Origin: an uncultured Phycisphaerales bacterium
GTDB lineage: Bacteria > Planctomycetota > Phycisphaerae > Phycisphaerales > SM1A02
Direction of reading: 5' to 3'
DNA: 64,000 bases
Assembly (NCBI GenBank): GCA_938084645.1
Contig: CALKEP010000011.1
Location: 1 to 64,000, forward strand
A program made the position numbers and the translations under genes. Below are positions 60,124-64,000 of the stretch, in pieces; positions within the stretch are counted from its first letter, which is position 1; every line of letters begins with the position of its first letter. The notes below the pieces were generated by a model. That model saw nothing but the letters and a program-made list of their open reading frames with translations, ran no database searches and was not told the origin of the DNA.

Positions 60124-60698
60124 ACCTAGGCATTCGTGAAATGGTGTTCCTGCTGGTGCTCGCCGCGATTCCGGTGGCAGCCTGGTTCTTCGTCTTCGAA
60201 CCCCGCAATCAGGACATCGAACAGTCCAGGCGCGAGATCGCACAGATGGAGTCGACGCTGGTCCGACTGGATCAGCTGACCGAAGAGGTCGGTGACGTCC
60301 GCACCGCGATCGACGAGGCCGAACTCCGGCTCGCCGACTTTCGCCGGAACATCCCCGATGCGAACGAGGTCGACGACATGCTCGCCGAGATCCATCGGAT
60401 CGGAGAGCGGAACGCCCTCGGCATCTCGTCGATCCGGGCCCTGAACCGGAGCGAGACGCAGGGATACGCGGAGATCCCGTTGTCCCTGGAGATCGACGGC
60501 AGTTTTCGCGGGATCTACCGATTCCTCCTCGATCTCGAGCGGCTTCCTCGCATCACGCGGGTCCGGGACCTGAAGCTCGAACGGAATCTGGTCGAGTCCC
60601 GCGGCCGGACCGGTGAGGACGACACGCCGCCGGGGCAGATCGACGCGTCGATGACGGTGGTCATCTACTGCGAAGGTGAACTGGAAGGTGACGCATGA
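60120..60698 (+). CDS. pilO: Type IV pilus biogenesis protein PilO
   Basis: TM, coiled coil, IP...EVD.ML, YAEIPL.L.I.GSF.....FL..LE.LPRI. Confidence 0.9.
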   Translation: MNLGIREMVFLLVLAAIPVAAWFFVFEPRNQDIEQSRREIAQMESTLVRLDQLTEEVGDVRTAIDEAELRLADFRRNIPDANEVDDMLAEIHRIGERNALGISSIRALNRSETQGYAEIPLSLEIDGSFRGIYRFLLDLERLPRITRVRDLKLERNLVESRGRTGEDDTPPGQIDASMTVVIYCEGELEGDA

Positions 60699-61429
60699 GC
60701 GGATTGAACGACAACAACGGCGTCGAGGATTCGATCGATGATCCCATGATCCGTGGCGGGACGGTCGACTTCTCGGTCGACGACGGCTTCGCCGAAGCGG
60801 TGCAGAGCGGGACGGGTCGGCGGATCGATGCCGGGACGATTCTCTTCATCGGAGTGCTGCTGGCCTCGGCCGCCGGTCTCTGGTCGATGCGATTCCTCGG
60901 CCGTGGTGTCGCCGCCACCGGTGAACCGGGAGATCGTGCCGCGGTGGGCAAGTGGATCGTCGACGCGGAGAAGGACGGCGCGGTCCTCGGACTCGAGGAC
61001 CTCCGCGTGCTCGAACGCCTCGACAAGGACCGACTCAACGATCTGCAGGTGCCCACCGACGACCTGAAGAAGGACGAACCCTTCCGCTACTGGGGTGAGG
61101 TCGACATGGCCGCGGTGCAGATGGCGTCGGTCGATCAGCGGCCGGTCAACACCATCGACCAGATCAAGGACGCCTTCGACGCGACGATCGACGAGATCGG
61201 ATCGCTGATGAACGTGAGTGCGATCCTCGCGCCCGACTCACCGCGAGCCCAGGCGGTCCTGAACGGCCATCGCATCATGGTGGGGGACGTCTTCGACGTC
61301 CCGCACGAGGGTGAGGAGTATGAATTCGAGGTCGAACGGATCGGTTCCGACGGCGTGGTGTTCGTATCCCGCCTCTCCGAGCCCAGGCACGCGCGACGCA
61401 TCGAGGTCGGCGTGAAGCGCAACTTCTGA
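60695..61429 (+). CDS. Single-TM protein in the pil operon with PilP/GspC-like C-terminal beta domain
   Basis: TM helix, (D/E)PF motif, AVLNG....VGD.F....FEVERI..DGV; position after pilO. Confidence 0.6.
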   Translation: MSGLNDNNGVEDSIDDPMIRGGTVDFSVDDGFAEAVQSGTGRRIDAGTILFIGVLLASAAGLWSMRFLGRGVAATGEPGDRAAVGKWIVDAEKDGAVLGLEDLRVLERLDKDRLNDLQVPTDDLKKDEPFRYWGEVDMAAVQMASVDQRPVNTIDQIKDAFDATIDEIGSLMNVSAILAPDSPRAQAVLNGHRIMVGDVFDVPHEGEEYEFEVERIGSDGVVFVSRLSEPRHARRIEVGVKRNF

Positions 61430-61484
61430 TCGACCGGACATCAGGCGTTTTCGGGGATTCGGGGCGACCCGGACTGGAGACCAC

Positions 61485-63515
61485 GTGGGACGATTCGACA
61501 TCGAGCGACTGTTGCGAGACCTCGGCGAACCGAACGCCGATGCGCCGAAGGAACCGGCCGCCGATGGCGCGGAAGGGTCCGATGTCGACGGGCGGATCGT
61601 GCCCGAACGTCCGCTGGCATCCGCCTCGACGACGCCGCAATCCCCCGCCGATCCCAAGGCGAGGGAGCTCGATTTCCGTCCGCCCGATTTCAACACGGGT
61701 TCCGGTCTCGACGCCGAGATCGATCCCGCGATGGCGATCGAACAGGATCGGATCCGTCCGACCCGCCCTGACGACGCGCTCCGGGACCTCTTCGTTCCCG
61801 AAGGCGGTTCGACGACCGGCAACGGTGATCTCATCGATCTGCTCCACGGCCGTGACGAGATCGACGCGGAGAGTCGTGATACCGCGCGTCGTCTCCAGGC
61901 CCAGGCGCCGGATCGGCCGATCGCGACGATCCTTCTGGAGATGGAGATCGACGAGGATCTCGTGCAGCAGGGTGTCGCCGAGATCTCGAGAATCGACTTC
62001 GTGAAGGTGGACGCCGGCACCATCGACGCCGCCCAGATGAAGCGGCTCGGCGTCGACTACTGCGTGGAACACCGAGTCGTTCCACTGTGGGCCGACGGCA
62101 CGCGGACGGTGATCGGGACCACCAGTCCCGACGACGTCTTCCTGCTCGACGAACTGAAGCGACGACTCGGGGTCTCGGTCGTCAAGCACGTCCTGGTCTG
62201 TGGCGGCGCCGTCGTCGAGGCGATTCGGAAGATCGAGGGCGGCGACGAGCAGCCCAGCGCGGACATCGAGGCGATCCTCGCGGATGTCGAGGAGGACGAC
62301 GTCGAGTTCGAGCGGACCGAGGAGACGGAGACGGATCTCGAACTGGAGGCGGAAAGCTCGCCGGTCGTCCGCTACGTGAACCACATCATCCAGACCGCGC
62401 TGCAGGAAGGCGCATCGGACATCCACATCGAGCCCGGGGAGAAGAACCTGAAGGTCCGACTCCGCATCGATGGAATCCTCTACGAGGCCATGAAGCCCCC
62501 GAAGAAGATGCACGCGGCGTTGACCAGTCGACTGAAGATCATGGCGAACCTCGACATCGCGGAGCGCCGGCTCCCGCAGGACGGACGCATCCGCGCGACG
62601 GTGATGAACCGGCGGCTCGATCTCCGGCTCTCGACGGTTCCGACCGCGAACGGCGAGAAGACCGTCATGAGAATTCTCGACGACCAGGCGATCCAGGTCT
62701 CGCTCGACGATCTCGGTTTCAGCGAAGACACCCTGGCCCTGTGGAAGAGCCAGATCGATCAGCCGCACGGGATCATCCTGGTCACCGGTCCGACCGGTTC
62801 AGGCAAGACGACCACGCTCTATTCGTCGCTTCGGCAGATGGACATGAAGCGGTTGAACATCTCGACCGTCGAGGATCCGGTGGAATACAACCTTCCCGGG
62901 GTCACGCAGATCCAGACCCACGCCATGATCGACATGACCTTCGCGCGAGCCCTCAAGGCGCTGCTGCGGCAGGATCCGGACGTGGTGATGGTCGGTGAGA
63001 TCCGGGATCACGAGACCGCGTCGATCGCGGTCCAGGCGGCCCTGACGGGTCACCTCGTGCTGTCGACCCTTCACACCAACGACGCGCCCAGTTCGGTCAC
63101 GCGACTGGTCAACATCGGCGTGGAGCCCTTCCTGGTGGGTGCGGCGTTGAACGGCGTGCTCGCGCAGCGGCTGGTCCGCCGGATCTGTCCCTCGTGCGTC
63201 GAGGACACACCGGTACCCGAGGAGATGCGGGACTTCCTCGTGGTCCATGGAATCGACGGCGCGACGCTTCCCCAGGGCCGGGGGTGCGAGGCATGTCGCA
63301 ACAGCGGCTACTCCGGTCGACTTGGGCTCTACGAACTGCTGGTCTTCGATGACCATCTCCGCGACCTGATCGCCTCCAGTCCGAACGTGACCGAATTCCG
63401 TCGCATCTGCTGCGAACGCGGCATGGTGTCACTCCGCGAGGACGGATTCCGGAAGGTCCTCGAGGGGCGCACGACGGTGGAGGAGGTCCTCCGCGTCACC
63501 GAAGCGACGATCTGA
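61485..63515 (+). CDS. pilB: GspE/PilB family assembly ATPase
   Basis: ASDIHIEP, LDIAERRLPQDGR, GPTGSGKTTTLY, TVEDPVEY, LRQDPDVVMVGEIRD, LSTLHTNDA, CxxC...CxxC. Confidence 0.95.
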   Translation: MGRFDIERLLRDLGEPNADAPKEPAADGAEGSDVDGRIVPERPLASASTTPQSPADPKARELDFRPPDFNTGSGLDAEIDPAMAIEQDRIRPTRPDDALRDLFVPEGGSTTGNGDLIDLLHGRDEIDAESRDTARRLQAQAPDRPIATILLEMEIDEDLVQQGVAEISRIDFVKVDAGTIDAAQMKRLGVDYCVEHRVVPLWADGTRTVIGTTSPDDVFLLDELKRRLGVSVVKHVLVCGGAVVEAIRKIEGGDEQPSADIEAILADVEEDDVEFERTEETETDLELEAESSPVVRYVNHIIQTALQEGASDIHIEPGEKNLKVRLRIDGILYEAMKPPKKMHAALTSRLKIMANLDIAERRLPQDGRIRATVMNRRLDLRLSTVPTANGEKTVMRILDDQAIQVSLDDLGFSEDTLALWKSQIDQPHGIILVTGPTGSGKTTTLYSSLRQMDMKRLNISTVEDPVEYNLPGVTQIQTHAMIDMTFARALKALLRQDPDVVMVGEIRDHETASIAVQAALTGHLVLSTLHTNDAPSSVTRLVNIGVEPFLVGAALNGVLAQRLVRRICPSCVEDTPVPEEMRDFLVVHGIDGATLPQGRGCEACRNSGYSGRLGLYELLVFDDHLRDLIASSPNVTEFRRICCERGMVSLREDGFRKVLEGRTTVEEVLRVTEATI

Positions 63516-63540
63516 GTCCATCGATCGCCCGGGCCTCGGA

Positions 63541-64000
63541 TCAGATGAAGGCGGCGACGCTCAGTTGAATCCAGATCGCGATCGCGAAGCCGATCTTGAC
63601 CACGGTGCCCGCGACTCTGCCCGCGGCAGCACCCGTCGCGGGCTTGATGGTGTCACGAAGGCCGGCGCCCTCCCGGGTGAGTTCGCCGACCAGCGCCCCG
63701 CCACCGGCGCCGAGCGCGGCACCCAACAGCGTCCCCACGAGCGGGATGGGGATCACGAAGGTCCCGACGATCCCACCCACGAAGCCACCGATCAGCGCCC
63801 CGATGGTGCCGCGTCTGCTGGCGCCGCCCGCCTTGGCCCCCGCGGCACCGGCGAGGAACTCGACGACTTCCGCGGTGGCGGCCAGGAGAAGGGCGATCGC
63901 GAAGGCCACCCAGCCGAACATGGGCTCCGAATCACCCTTCCAAAGCAGTTCGATCACGTCGATGAGGGCCGCGAAGGCGATGATCAACCAGGTACCGGGA
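63541..64000 (-). CDS. DUF456 (YqgC-like) membrane protein, 5' end outside the window
   Basis: PGTWL, GAKAGGASRRG.IGALIGG, IPIP.VGT..GA..GA..GAL.GEL, GR..GT..K. Confidence 0.85.
   Translation of the reverse strand, partial: PGTWLIIAFAALIDVIELLWKGDSEPMFGWVAFAIALLLAATAEVVEFLAGAAGAKAGGASRRGTIGALIGGFVGGIVGTFVIPIPLVGTLLGAALGAGGGALVGELTREGAGLRDTIKPATGAAAGRVAGTVVKIGFAIAIWIQLSVAAFI

Overview
High-GC bacterial chromosomal window, most consistent with a planctomycete of the Phycisphaerae (inferred from GC-type dockerin C-termini, the TPR/tandem alpha-CTD protein, ECF-kinase pairing and CxxC-tailed membrane proteins). It is mostly housekeeping and metabolic: fliM, nusA-infB-rbfA, yebC, acylphosphatase, YifB, MATE, SpoIID, prpB/prpC, 3-hydroxyacyl-CoA dehydrogenase, a B12 acyl-CoA mutase, an RRM protein, a desaturase, a sugar ABC transporter with galM, hisS, mqnB and pilMNO-pilB, plus several secreted FG-GAP/dockerin proteins. 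I saw no rRNA, tRNA, CRISPR array or mobile element. Two things fall outside the ORF track. (1) Two minus-strand intergenic units each have a promoter, stacked hairpins and an intrinsic terminator (~120 nt at 21.5 kb, ~310 nt at 30.9 kb). The short one exposes GCCCUUUUCCC and the long one carries several complementary GGGAAAAGGG copies, suggesting an sRNA/sponge pair or a CsrB-like RNA. (2) A signalling module at 31.3-36.0 kb has a PspA-like gene divergent from an ECF sigma factor, an unannotated 52-aa membrane microprotein and a membrane Ser/Thr kinase. The microprotein is a diverged duplicate of the kinase's first GxxxG transmembrane helix, including its RBS hairpin. All calls come from reading motifs by eye; no searches or folding programs were run.
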